A stretch of DNA of 64,000 nt from Elusimicrobiota bacterium (GTDB taxonomy: Bacteria; Elusimicrobiota; Endomicrobiia; Endomicrobiales; JBDRNC01), in NCBI GenBank assembly GCA_043811535.1, contig JBDRNC010000018.1, positions 32,001 through 96,000 on the forward strand, in the 5' to 3' direction. Positions 38,760-49,005 of this stretch are shown one piece after another. The position numbers and the translations under genes are program-made. Numbering within the stretch: the first letter of the stretch is position 1; every line of letters starts with the position of its first letter. Below the pieces are notes generated by a model. That model had not been told where the DNA came from. It saw only the letters and a list, made by a program, of their open reading frames with translations, and made no database searches.

Positions 38760-38967
38760 GCCGAAGGAAAAAAGTCAACCGTCTGCGTAAAGGTTTCAGA
38801 TTCATGATGGCGGAAGACTCCTATGGACAATGAGATTTAAGGTTTGGATTTCCCTGACCGTACAGCGGCGGGTAGGTTTTATTAATGGCCGTATTGTATC
38901 TTATTGGAAAGTAAATATCAATGTTACGATAAAATACTAATTTACAAGGGGATTGTTTTCCCTTGCC

Positions 38968-39035
38968 TGCCATCCCGCCACATCGTAAGTGGCAGGGAGG
39001 CATTAGACGACAAGACGGAAGAGGGAAGACGGAAG
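38968..39035 (+). repeat. 68-bp perfect direct repeat, copy 2
   Basis: Identical to 36484-36551. Confidence 0.97.
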
Positions 39036-39661
39036 CGAAAGAGACAGTTATGAGTGATGGGTGATGAGTTGTGAGTAGTTACTAATCACTAATAACCAAT
39101 AACTAATCACTGCTTGGATAAACGATTAAACAAAGCGGCGGGCGAGTTCATTAATGCATGAGAATCGAGCCCCGATGAAGTCGGGGGTATATAAGATTCT
39201 GAGCGACCGTTAACACTTGCGAAGTGTTAGAGCGGTCAAGTGGGGACAGGGAGGCCTGCCCCTCCGGGCGAGTCTTTGGACCGAGCCGGCGAGCGAGGAA
39301 GCGGGCGGGGAGGCGACTATATGCCGCGAATAACTGCGGGATATATATTCCGCACCCCCGCGCGTATTGTCAAAATGCATTGATATTTCAATGGGTAAAT
39401 ACGCGCGCTTTTGCGCGTGGTTTATGCGCGGTTTTTACCCGCGCGTATTACCGCGCGCGACAACAAAGAAAAGGGGCCAAGGCTGGGGGACAGACCTTGA
39501 CCCCGTACTAAATACTTTCCATGTTCCAAGTTTCAGGTTCCAAAATCGTTTAATGAATTCCCGGCCAAACTCATTCCCACATAAGCTCCGCCCGTGCGGG
39601 AATGACAGCTTTACCGTCGTTTTCATTTCACATTACACATTCAGCATTACACATCAAACTG

Positions 39662-42600
39662 TCATTTTATCCGTTTTTCAAGCGACTTAATCCTGGATTC
39701 AAGGTCTTTGTTCTGCGCCTGCAGCACTTCAAGCGCCTGCTGTTGCTGTTTTACGATTTCAAGGATGTAAACAGGAATCTTGTCATATTTGACTGTATTG
39801 GGTTTGCCGTCTTTGTCGTAAATAACAAGCTGCTTCAGTCCCAATGCGTCGAATTCTTCCGCGATATAACCTATGTCCTTTTGTTTCGTGCTGATGTAAT
39901 TGAATGTCTTCGGTTCGATCTTTAAAATGTTCCCAAAGTTGTCTTTCAAAGGCTTGATGTTCTCTTTGAACCTCTTGGACGAAGAAGCAACATATAAGCG
40001 TCCCGAGCCGGTATCCATCGAAACGGTATTGTACGTTCCCGTGTTCATCAACGGAATTGCCACCTGCCCCGTCGTGCTGACAGTGACAAGCGTCGCCCAC
40101 GAACCGCCGGCCATAATATCCATTCCCTTGCCGCTATTCCCCTCGCCGAGGAGCATCCTGACTCGACCTTCATTCCCGCTGTTCCCCCTGCCGTATATTT
40201 CGATGGTCCCGTCCTGGGCAGAGTTGTCGCCAGCGATAATCTTCCAATATCCGTTTGTCACGTCCCTGGTGAGCTGATTCGCTGTCGAGCGCAATTCATA
40301 AGCGCTGTTCCTGTATAGTTTTGTGTCAATCGCTGTTGGTCCACCAGGACCAAAGCCAATACCTGCAATGCCGCCTCCGCCCATATCCCTGTCAAGACCC
40401 CAGCGTGGGTTGGCTTCCGCTTCCCACCATCCATATATCTGGTTACGGTCAACTGTTAGTGTTCCGGTGGCTGAATTATTATTCCCAACCCGCAACCCAC
40501 CCGTGCCCAAAACAGTCATTGATCCGACAGTGATAAGCTGATCACTGACATATTCATTTCCTGTTATCGTTACGTTGGGAGCTGCCGCCGAGAAAGTTAT
40601 TCTTGTGGTACCGGCAGCGTCTTTGATGTCGCTGCCAACGAGGGTAAGGTCGCCGCCCAGTTTCAGGTCGCCGGTCGTAAAGGTGTACGTGGAACTGTTC
40701 AGGCCGTCGTCCCAACCGAAAATAATATCGCCAGCCTGGTTGATGCGCAGCCTGTTTGCCCCGCCGGCAAATATATTCACACCGGGCCAGCTAGCCATGT
40801 AGGCATTCCTGCCGCTGTACGTGCCGTCGCTATACTCGTGCGTGCCGAAACCGTAGTGGTTGATGTACCTGCCGCTATAGGCGAATTGATCTCTTTGAGT
40901 CGCGTCTGTAATGCCGGTTGGAGCAAGAGCGTCCGCGGATGCCTGAGAAATAAGGATAGTGCCACCCATTACGGACAGCGTGCTTCCTACCTGGACAAAA
41001 GTTGTGAATACGCCCGTTGATGCCTTCACGCCGTAAGTGAATACCGCCGTGGCGGCTCGCACGCCAAAGGTAAGATCTATTGTGCCATCGTTGCCGGTGT
41101 CGGTGATGAAGTTGCTGGTTCCGAGATAGGTCGCGCGGGTCGCGTTGCTTGCAGTGGCACTCAACGCGCCGGTAACAGTCATATCCCCGTTGACAACAAT
41201 TGCCGAGCCGTTATCCGACAGGTAACGCGTATTTTGATTTCCAAGGTACAAGTACCGCGCCAGCAGGAGGTCGCCAGTCGCGTATGTATAAGTTGACACG
41301 GTGGTCCCGTTACCAAAGCCGAAGAATATGTCGCCACCCTGATTGACGTGCAGCCTGTTTGCCCCGCCTGTGAACAGATTTACTCCGGAATATCCGGCGA
41401 CATAGGAGTTTCTCCCGTTGTACGCTCCGTCATTAAACGCATGAAAGCCGAATCCGTAATGATTAATATATTTGCCGCCGTAGCTGAAATCATCGTTCAA
41501 GGTTGAGGTTATGGCGGGTGAAGCGTTATCCGCGTTTGACGCTTCGTTCATTAAGATGCTGCCGGTGGTTGTTATTGTCAGGAATGTGCTCCACTCTCCA
41601 TTACGGCCGAAAATAATTCCTTCGTCGCCGCCGGTATTCTTTCCTACGAAAAACTTCATCTTTCCGTTTCCGCCTGTAGGCCCGTACAACTCAATGCTCG
41701 CGGCTGTATTCTGGCTGGTGCCGCCGGCCAAGCGCATATCAGAATTGTCCGCATCCCTGTTAACGTACGGTGTGTGGACCCAACTTGTGAAAGTTCCGGT
41801 CTGGGCGACTACCGCGTATGTAAGGTTCACAGAGGATGCGTTGACTGAATAAGTAGTGTACAATTCAGAAGAACGCAGATTATTCGTGAATACGCCGGTT
41901 GCTGCGTTTACGCCGTAGGTGAATACGCCTGTCGCGGCCTTTACTCCGTAGGTGATATCTATTGTGCCGTCGTTGCCGGTGTCGGTGATGAAGTTGCTGG
42001 TTCCAAGATAGGTCGCGCGGGAAGCCGTGGCGGTTAGTGAGCCGGTTATTGATACGTCCCCTGATAGGATCACGTTCGGCGAGCCGGCGTCAAGTGTCAC
42101 CCTTGTGGTACCGTCGCTGCCTTTCAATTCGTTGGAGCCAAACTGGACAGGTCCGCCGTTCAGAGTAATTGATGTGCCATTGTCCGCGATATACCTGGTT
42201 GTCTGATTTCCGGGATAAAAGCCGACAATGGTCAGTTGAGCGGTTTGCGTTCCCCAATCTTTCGTAGAACTCTCATACCATCTGAAACCAGTATCGTTGG
42301 TGTTAGCCTGAAACCAGTTAGTGTCAAACCCGAACCACTTTGCTTTGCCGGCGTTGACGGCCAGGTCAATTACCGGCACGAGCTGTTGTTCCCTAATGGC
42401 AAGCGCGTGGCTGTCAATATAGATACCGCTTGCAGACACTATTGAATATCCGTTTACCCGGGTAAAAACGCCCGTCGAGGCGTTCACGCCGTAAGTGAAC
42501 ACACCCGTGGCGGCCGCGACGCCGTAAGTGATATTTAGTGTTCCATCGTCGTCTGTGTCTCTGATCTCATTGGTCGCGCCGAGATAAGTCGCGCGGGTTG

Positions 42601-45600
42601 TGTTGCTCACTGTGGCATCCAGCGTTCCGGTAACAGTCAGGTCCCCTTCGACGGTAACTTCGGGCGAGGCCGCAAGAGTTATCTTTGCGCCGCCGTCGCT
42701 GCCTAATATAGTATTGCCCACAATAGTAAGGTCGCCGCCTAATCTGAGGTCGCCGGTCGCGTAAGTATAAGTGGAGCTGTTGACGTTGGCATTGTCCCAG
42801 CCGAATACGATGTCTCCGCTTTCTTTTATTCTCAGGCGGTTAACGTTGTTGGAAAACAGGTTGATACCGTGAAGGCCCGCCGTGTAGGAGTTGACGCCTA
42901 CGGTCACCCCGTCATTATAGTCGTGAAAACCAAAACCATAAGAATTCAAGTACCTTGTCGCTGTCGGATGAGGATAAGTAAAATACGAGATTCCCGAGCC
43001 GCCTTCGTTCAGCGCCAGACCAGCCTGAGAATCTATGGTAGTGACCCCTTGGCCTGTTCCCGCCTGGCCGATAAGGATGGCCGACGTTGTTGAGATCTTT
43101 ACAAGCAAGTTCCATGGGTCCGAAGCCCTTAATATCTCCAGCCCTTTTCCGTTTGCGCCGAAAGGAAGCAGAAGTTTTATTCTTCCCTCGTTATCGGCCG
43201 CGCTTCCGCTGTAAAGTTCTATGCTCGCGTCAATAGCGCCATTGGGACCACCCACAATCTTTAATACACTGCTTGTGGAATCTCTTTCAATCTGCGTGGC
43301 GTTTGTTCTGAATATGCCCACGCCGCTCCTCCAGAGTTTGGTGTCCATCACGTCCGAGCCGCCCGGGCCGAACGCTATTCCTGCCTTTTCCCCGCCGCCG
43401 GCATTCTTTTCAATGCTCCATCTTGGATTGGCTTCGGATTCGCTCCACCCCTGGACAGAGGTGCTTGAAATCACTATTGAATTATGGTTCGCTCTGTTAT
43501 CGCCTACCCTCAGGCCTTCCCTGCTAAGCACCGTGGCGGAACCCACCACTATCAACTGGTCGGTTATATATTCATTTCCCGTAATCTTTACGTTGGGGGT
43601 CGCCGCAGAGAAAGTTATCCTTGTAGTCGCGGCTGAATCCGCGATAAGATTTCCTCCTACTTTCAGGTTGCCCGCTAATGAAAGAGCGCCTGAATCGTCA
43701 AGTTCGGCAAGTAAACTTCCCCATGTTTTACCGGCATTATGGTACCATCTGAATCCTATATCATCGGTAAAAGCAAAATACCAGTTAGTATCACAGCCGA
43801 TCCATTTAGCCCATTCCGCGTCTATCGCTAAATCTATCATCGGACGGGAAATTCCGCTTTCTGTCATGGCTATGCTTGCAATTCCGCCAACGTATATACC
43901 GCTGGCCATCCTTATGCTGTAGTCGCCGTCTCCATTGAACCGGGCGACACCCCCGGCCGTTATACCGCTGCTCGTTATTATACTGGGATAGTTGCCAGTC
44001 GCGGTGAAAACAGCCGTCGAGGCTCTTACGCCGTAAGTAAACACGCCCGTCGCGGCATTGACACCGTAGGTGACGTCTATCGTGCCGTCGTCGCCGGTAT
44101 CGGTGATGAAGTTGGACGCCCCTAAATACGTGGCCCTTTCCACCGCATCGCCGCCGGTGGTGAGAGCCACGAAGCTGGCGCCGGTATAAAGTTTGAGTTG
44201 ATTGGTGCCGGTGTCGTAAAATATCTGCCCGAGCTGCTTTTTGACGATGTAGGCCTCATCCGCAATGTTCGCGACGCGTATCGGCGTTGAAATGTAGAGG
44301 TCGTGGTCGCCGGTATCAACGTTAAAATTGCCGTGGAACACAAGGCTGTCGCTCAGATCGGAAGTGATGAACTGCGTTCCGCCGCGCGGATATATCTGGC
44401 CGCCTTCGTTAACCTTGAATATGGAATTCCTGACGCTGTCCTTTATTTCAAACCAGCAGAAAGAATTATTGTTCGCGTCAAGATCTATTAAGAAGTTGTC
44501 GTTGGATATTATATGGGAATCGGTGCCGGTGTCACCCGCAAACACTACATTGCTCGAGAACGCTATGCCCTTAAGCGTGTCGTCTTTCCACATGGACTGT
44601 TTAGAGGTTGAATCGCCGAAATAGAAAACTCCCGAGGTGCTTATTGTTATGAGAGATGGCCAGGTCCACCCTCCGCCGCCGTCAGGAGTTACACCTACTA
44701 TATCAAAACCCTGAGACACCGAGCCCTGCGGGACAATCAACCTTAATTTGCTTTTTGCCCATGCAGCGTCCTCATTGGGCCCGTGCAATTCTATGCTGGG
44801 CGCGCTGGTGCTCGTAGTTCCGCCGATAAATCTTAGCGAGTCGTCCTCCACATTTCTGTCAAATATATAGGCGCTCGTCCGCATATGTTCGCCCGCCTCG
44901 CGCCAAATGGCCGTATCAAGCGCTGTTGCGCCGCCCTCGCCGAACCCGATACCGGCTTTCGTTGCGTCGCCACCGAAAGTGGGAGATATCTGCCATCTTG
45001 GGACGGTGTCGCCGCTCTGATACCCCGTAACGTCTCCTTTAATGTTGACGGCGCCGTTGCCTTTCACGGTGAAAGGATATGTCGTGTCGTCGCTGCCTGT
45101 TGAAACAAGTATCATATACTGGTCGTGCGCCGCGGTCGTTGAAGAAATGTGCAGCGCGCCCAGCGGCTCGCTTGCCATTATTCCAACCCTTCCGTCAGCT
45201 TTTACCACTAACAAATCCTGCCATCCCTGGCGGCGCCTGACCCTGAACTGCGGTATATCTGATTCGCCCGGAACAGTGCGACTGCTTATGACTATTTGGA
45301 CACTGCCGAAATTGACATCGGACGATTGCTTTATGTCCCCGCCAAGTTCTATGAAAGCCCCGTCATTCCAATTCTCACCGCCTGAAATGTTTATCTTATC
45401 GTAGTTGTGGGTGGTGTGCATATCCCCGCTGTATAATATCAGGTTGTCCGCGGCGGCATTCCCGTTAACGTCCAGCGTGTAACCCGGATAACGGCCGATA
45501 CCTATATACCCGCCGGCGCTTTCGACCATAACACTGCTGGTCAGCGATGACGCGGTATCCCATTTCGGTATCGTGCCAGGCGAGCCGGAGCCACTCAAAC

Positions 45601-47572
45601 CGCTTGCAATGCCGGTCGTGATGGCAACCCAGTAATTGACCCCGTTGCAGAGGTAGAGGCGGTTAGTATTGCTGTCATAGTATACTGTCCCCAATATCGA
45701 ATTGCTGGCGTCATCGGTGGGATTGATCGTGCCGAAGCGGACAGAGCCCTCCACGTACATGTTGGACCCGACGATCACGCTGTATTTCCCGGCGATACTG
45801 CCTATCCAAAGGTTCCTGGTAGCGTCGGAATGCGTGTAAAGCCTGCCGGTGCTGTAATTGTTGCCGACAGCGTCGCCCAAAACTATAGAAGCGCCGACAA
45901 CCTGCAGGGGATGCGAGTCGTTGCCGAAAACCTCTATGCCATAATCCTCTTTCAAATAAGAGATATTCTGTTCTTTCGAGTTAAATAACAAAATGCCGGC
46001 CTTATCGTAAATAGCCAATGAAGCGCCGACAATAGTATAGGCATCGTATCCCAGGTCGTAGTGTATGTACTGATCCGATGACCTCCCGCCTATACCGAGT
46101 GTCACTCCCCTGCCTGATACGGAGCTTATCACAACCGAATCAGTGTCAACGCCGGCATTCGCCCCGTTCGGCGTCAGATGCACCTCTTTCCCAGCGGCCG
46201 CAAGCAGGTACAGGTCGTGCGCGACATTATCGCCCGAAAATATACCGAGCTCACCATAGACCTCTCCTATCCTCAACCGCCCGTCAGCCACGTTGCTCAC
46301 GGAAACGTTAAGTCCGTATTGGTTTCCTTGTAGCAACTGGTAGTTGCCGCTCGCGGCATACTGGTCAGTTAACCTGAACGTGCCTGTGCTTATGTCAAGT
46401 TCCGCGTATGGTTCATGCGTCGCGATACCGACTTTTCCTGACGCCATCACTATCAGCGCCGGAGGATTTGTGAGATAGTTGCCGGCTTTTATCTTGAATT
46501 TTGAAGTAGTCGCAGGATCCGCGGTGGCTTGTGATAATATGAGCTGTGCGCCGCCGTAGGCGATATCAACAATCTCTGCAGTCTGGTCTAACCCGGATAA
46601 CTGCAGGTATGCGCCGCTTCCCGTGGCCGTACCGCCCATAAGCGTTAGCCACTTGTCTGTAGTAGTGCCTGCCCTCTTTATGTCCTCACCGTCCATAAGC
46701 AGTGAACCGGTGATTTTTACGCTTCCACCGACTTCCAATTTCTCGATAGGTGACCCGACGCTGATACCGACTGACCCGGTGGGAAACAGCACCTTGGTAA
46801 CCGTTTCCGCGCTGCGATAAATTTGTAACGCGGCGTTCCATCCGGTCCACGCGTCATTCGCGGTAACTATCTCAAACCTGTGGTCTGACCCGGATTTCTC
46901 GCCTTTTATCGCCCATATTCTGTTGTTAGCGTCCGCGCCCTGGACATGAAGTATTATGTGATCGGTATTGGTAGATATGTTCAGCGCGCCGTACGCAAAG
47001 CCCGTGCCGATGGCGACCGCGTAAACGCCCTGGTCGGAGATGGGCTGGCGAAGCACAGTTCTCCATCTGCCTCCCTCGGCAGTCGCTTGTTCCCATCCGC
47101 CCGCGTTCCCCGCGCTCATCGCGTAGGTCGCGCTGGCCGCTAACATCGCGTAGGGCACGGTATTCAACTGCTCGCGCGGCGACATTACGTTGCCGTCTAC
47201 GGTGACTTCAAGGTAAGGCGTTTCCCCTTTCCACTGCACGTTCTGCAGGTCCGGATACGCGCCCGCGCCGCCGGTCAACACATAATTAAAAAGACCGCTG
47301 GAAACGCTGACCGTCTGGTCGCCGGAATCCCAAATGGTGTTTCCGGCTTCGTCCCCGAGCGCGTCCCACAACTTGAACCGCATGGTCAGATCGCCGTTAA
47401 CGGGCAGGTTGTTTACTTTAAGTCGCCCCTGGTAATTGATGCGCGCGGGCACGTCGGCAAAAACTACAGAGAGTAAGCAAGTAAGCGAGAAAGCGAGTAC
47501 GAACAGGAAGGCCGAAAGTTGGAAAAACCATTTTAAGGCGAAAGACGGGGGTTTGAATTTCAATGGATTCAT
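39662..47572 (-). CDS. Giant secreted tail-fibre-like protein with internal repeats and C-terminal peptidase S74 (intramolecular chaperone) domain
   Basis: Signal peptide; VP..INYQGRL domain; VGI....P...L.V repeats; SSKRFKENI...GYIAEE...V.Y plus terminal coiled coil. Confidence 0.85.
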   Translation of the reverse strand: MNPLKFKPPSFALKWFFQLSAFLFVLAFSLTCLLSVVFADVPARINYQGRLKVNNLPVNGDLTMRFKLWDALGDEAGNTIWDSGDQTVSVSSGLFNYVLTGGAGAYPDLQNVQWKGETPYLEVTVDGNVMSPREQLNTVPYAMLAASATYAMSAGNAGGWEQATAEGGRWRTVLRQPISDQGVYAVAIGTGFAYGALNISTNTDHIILHVQGADANNRIWAIKGEKSGSDHRFEIVTANDAWTGWNAALQIYRSAETVTKVLFPTGSVGISVGSPIEKLEVGGSVKITGSLLMDGEDIKRAGTTTDKWLTLMGGTATGSGAYLQLSGLDQTAEIVDIAYGGAQLILSQATADPATTSKFKIKAGNYLTNPPALIVMASGKVGIATHEPYAELDISTGTFRLTDQYAASGNYQLLQGNQYGLNVSVSNVADGRLRIGEVYGELGIFSGDNVAHDLYLLAAAGKEVHLTPNGANAGVDTDSVVISSVSGRGVTLGIGGRSSDQYIHYDLGYDAYTIVGASLAIYDKAGILLFNSKEQNISYLKEDYGIEVFGNDSHPLQVVGASIVLGDAVGNNYSTGRLYTHSDATRNLWIGSIAGKYSVIVGSNMYVEGSVRFGTINPTDDASNSILGTVYYDSNTNRLYLCNGVNYWVAITTGIASGLSGSGSPGTIPKWDTASSLTSSVMVESAGGYIGIGRYPGYTLDVNGNAAADNLILYSGDMHTTHNYDKINISGGENWNDGAFIELGGDIKQSSDVNFGSVQIVISSRTVPGESDIPQFRVRRRQGWQDLLVVKADGRVGIMASEPLGALHISSTTAAHDQYMILVSTGSDDTTYPFTVKGNGAVNIKGDVTGYQSGDTVPRWQISPTFGGDATKAGIGFGEGGATALDTAIWREAGEHMRTSAYIFDRNVEDDSLRFIGGTTSTSAPSIELHGPNEDAAWAKSKLRLIVPQGSVSQGFDIVGVTPDGGGGWTWPSLITISTSGVFYFGDSTSKQSMWKDDTLKGIAFSSNVVFAGDTGTDSHIISNDNFLIDLDANNNSFCWFEIKDSVRNSIFKVNEGGQIYPRGGTQFITSDLSDSLVFHGNFNVDTGDHDLYISTPIRVANIADEAYIVKKQLGQIFYDTGTNQLKLYTGASFVALTTGGDAVERATYLGASNFITDTGDDGTIDVTYGVNAATGVFTYGVRASTAVFTATGNYPSIITSSGITAGGVARFNGDGDYSIRMASGIYVGGIASIAMTESGISRPMIDLAIDAEWAKWIGCDTNWYFAFTDDIGFRWYHNAGKTWGSLLAELDDSGALSLAGNLKVGGNLIADSAATTRITFSAATPNVKITGNEYITDQLIVVGSATVLSREGLRVGDNRANHNSIVISSTSVQGWSESEANPRWSIEKNAGGGEKAGIAFGPGGSDVMDTKLWRSGVGIFRTNATQIERDSTSSVLKIVGGPNGAIDASIELYSGSAADNEGRIKLLLPFGANGKGLEILRASDPWNLLVKISTTSAILIGQAGTGQGVTTIDSQAGLALNEGGSGISYFTYPHPTATRYLNSYGFGFHDYNDGVTVGVNSYTAGLHGINLFSNNVNRLRIKESGDIVFGWDNANVNSSTYTYATGDLRLGGDLTIVGNTILGSDGGAKITLAASPEVTVEGDLTVTGTLDATVSNTTRATYLGATNEIRDTDDDGTLNITYGVAAATGVFTYGVNASTGVFTRVNGYSIVSASGIYIDSHALAIREQQLVPVIDLAVNAGKAKWFGFDTNWFQANTNDTGFRWYESSTKDWGTQTAQLTIVGFYPGNQTTRYIADNGTSITLNGGPVQFGSNELKGSDGTTRVTLDAGSPNVILSGDVSITGSLTATASRATYLGTSNFITDTGNDGTIDITYGVKAATGVFTYGVNAATGVFTNNLRSSELYTTYSVNASSVNLTYAVVAQTGTFTSWVHTPYVNRDADNSDMRLAGGTSQNTAASIELYGPTGGNGKMKFFVGKNTGGDEGIIFGRNGEWSTFLTITTTGSILMNEASNADNASPAITSTLNDDFSYGGKYINHYGFGFHAFNDGAYNGRNSYVAGYSGVNLFTGGANRLHVNQGGDIFFGFGNGTTVSTYTYATGDLLLARYLYLGNQNTRYLSDNGSAIVVNGDMTVTGALSATASNATRATYLGTSNFITDTGNDGTIDLTFGVRAATAVFTYGVKASTGVFTTFVQVGSTLSVMGGTILISQASADALAPTGITDATQRDQFAYSGRYINHYGFGTHEYSDGTYSGRNAYMASWPGVNIFAGGANRLRINQAGDIIFGWDDGLNSSTYTFTTGDLKLGGDLTLVGSDIKDAAGTTRITFSAAAPNVTITGNEYVSDQLITVGSMTVLGTGGLRVGNNNSATGTLTVDRNQIYGWWEAEANPRWGLDRDMGGGGIAGIGFGPGGPTAIDTKLYRNSAYELRSTANQLTRDVTNGYWKIIAGDNSAQDGTIEIYGRGNSGNEGRVRMLLGEGNSGKGMDIMAGGSWATLVTVSTTGQVAIPLMNTGTYNTVSMDTGSGRLYVASSSKRFKENIKPLKDNFGNILKIEPKTFNYISTKQKDIGYIAEEFDALGLKQLVIYDKDGKPNTVKYDKIPVYILEIVKQQQQALEVLQAQNKDLESRIKSLEKRIK

Positions 47573-47665
47573 TTTAGTTACCTCTCCGAATATTAACGGT
47601 TTAACCGTTTAACAGTTTAACCGTTTAACAGATTGAATTTTAGCAAGTTTAAGTTAATGAAAATT

Positions 47666-48046
47666 CTATTTCTTATATTTATGCCCCGGATATTTTGAAT
47701 CTTTCAAATACTTAATCAGGTTATTTACCATACAACTCAATTTTCTGCACGTATCGGAGATGCCCGTATAAATATCATTATCGATATATCTCTGATCGCT
47801 CGCAATCATTAGCTGCGCCCTTACTTCAGCGCAAGATCCTTTTGCTATGTACACATATTGAATGAATTCCGTGTTACTGCCTCTCTCAAAACCTTCCGCT
47901 ATATTCGATAAAACGGATACCGATGCCCGTCTAATTTGATCTTTTAGAGAAAAATCTTTTCTAAAAGCCTCGTTACCCGTTATTTGGCAGATATGGTTCA
48001 CCAGTTTTCTTGCCTCTTGAGAAACAATAAGTCCTTCGAAATCCAC
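47666..48046 (-). CDS. Four-helix-bundle protein (23S rRNA IVP-like family), possibly degenerate or frameshifted at its start
   Basis: DQIRRASVSVLSNIAEGFER, IAKGSCAEVRAQL. Confidence 0.88.
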   Translation of the reverse strand: MDFEGLIVSQEARKLVNHICQITGNEAFRKDFSLKDQIRRASVSVLSNIAEGFERGSNTEFIQYVYIAKGSCAEVRAQLMIASDQRYIDNDIYTGISDTCRKLSCMVNNLIKYLKDSKYPGHKYKK

Positions 48047-48084
48047 AACTCTTGGCCTGTTATCTTTTTGTATGCCCCCATCAA

Positions 48085-48747
48085 TTAAACTTTAAAAACG
48101 TTTAACCCTAAACCGCCTTCACCGACTTTTTCCTTCAGTTGAAGCAATGATATTATTTTTTCTTCGAGGATTTTTAAATCCATCGGCTTGGCGAGATAGT
48201 CGTCCGCGCCGCATGAAATAATCTTCTGTTTATTCTCGGCGGAATCATATCCCGTGACGGCAAGAATTTTTATGTTAGAGAAATATTTGCTGCTTCTTAT
48301 CTGTTTGCACACATCGAAACCGTTTATTCCGGGAAGCATGAGGTCAAGCACGATAAGGTCCGGCAGAAATTCGTTGAGTATCCGGCCGGCGGTAAAACCG
48401 TCGTAAACGATCTTGACTTCAAAATCCGGAAAATGCGTTTTTATCAGTTCCGAAACGAAATTGCCGACTTCAGGCTCGTCATCTATGACAAGTATCTTCT
48501 TTTTCCCTACGGTCGAATCCAGCTCTCTCTTGATATCTTCCATTGTCAGTCCCTGTTGGCTTAGAAACTGAATTTTGGATATCGCCTGCAGTGTGAAATC
48601 TCTTTCATAGAGACGGTGGCCGCCCGGGGTTTCTCCGGAAACGTTCAGAAGCCCCATATCCGTGTAATACCTTACTGTGGAAGGCAGAACCCCGGCTTCA
48701 CGGGCAATCTCAGAAATTTTTAAAAGATTTTTGTGTTTTCTTGCCAT
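48085..48747 (-). CDS. MerR-type HTH fused to a receiver domain
   Basis: ISEIA..AGV..STVRYY...GLL...GGHRLY; ILVIDDE, DLMLPG.NG, KP. Confidence 0.9.
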   Translation of the reverse strand: MARKHKNLLKISEIAREAGVLPSTVRYYTDMGLLNVSGETPGGHRLYERDFTLQAISKIQFLSQQGLTMEDIKRELDSTVGKKKILVIDDEPEVGNFVSELIKTHFPDFEVKIVYDGFTAGRILNEFLPDLIVLDLMLPGINGFDVCKQIRSSKYFSNIKILAVTGYDSAENKQKIISCGADDYLAKPMDLKILEEKIISLLQLKEKVGEGGLGLNVFKV

Positions 48748-49005
48748 TTTTCAGCTCCCAATTTGCTCTATTTTTGAATTGCACGAAATTACAAATGTGC
48801 TCAATTTTACAGACAAAAACAAAAAACCCACAAGAATTATGAATTGAACATCATACTTCCTGTTTATACTCAATTAATAGCATATAATTGCGGTATTGTC
48901 AATGATTATTTTGTTTTATTAGATTGTTGGAATAGGCGGGCAAAACAATGCAAAAGCCAACGAAATGCCATAGAACCAGAGAAAATAGTCCTAGAAAAGG
49001 AAAAA

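Noticed and set aside
39224..39690. Short ORFs in the hairpin-rich intergenic region
   Set aside because: No RBS or protein-like composition; they run through palindromes.
39662..47572. Prophage tail gene
   Set aside because: It has a signal peptide, and no capsid, terminase, integrase or other phage genes are nearby.
39662..48046. Diversity-generating retroelement (fibre target plus Avd-like four-helix bundle)
   Set aside because: No reverse transcriptase and no TR/VR pair differing at adenines; internal repeats differ mainly at synonymous positions.
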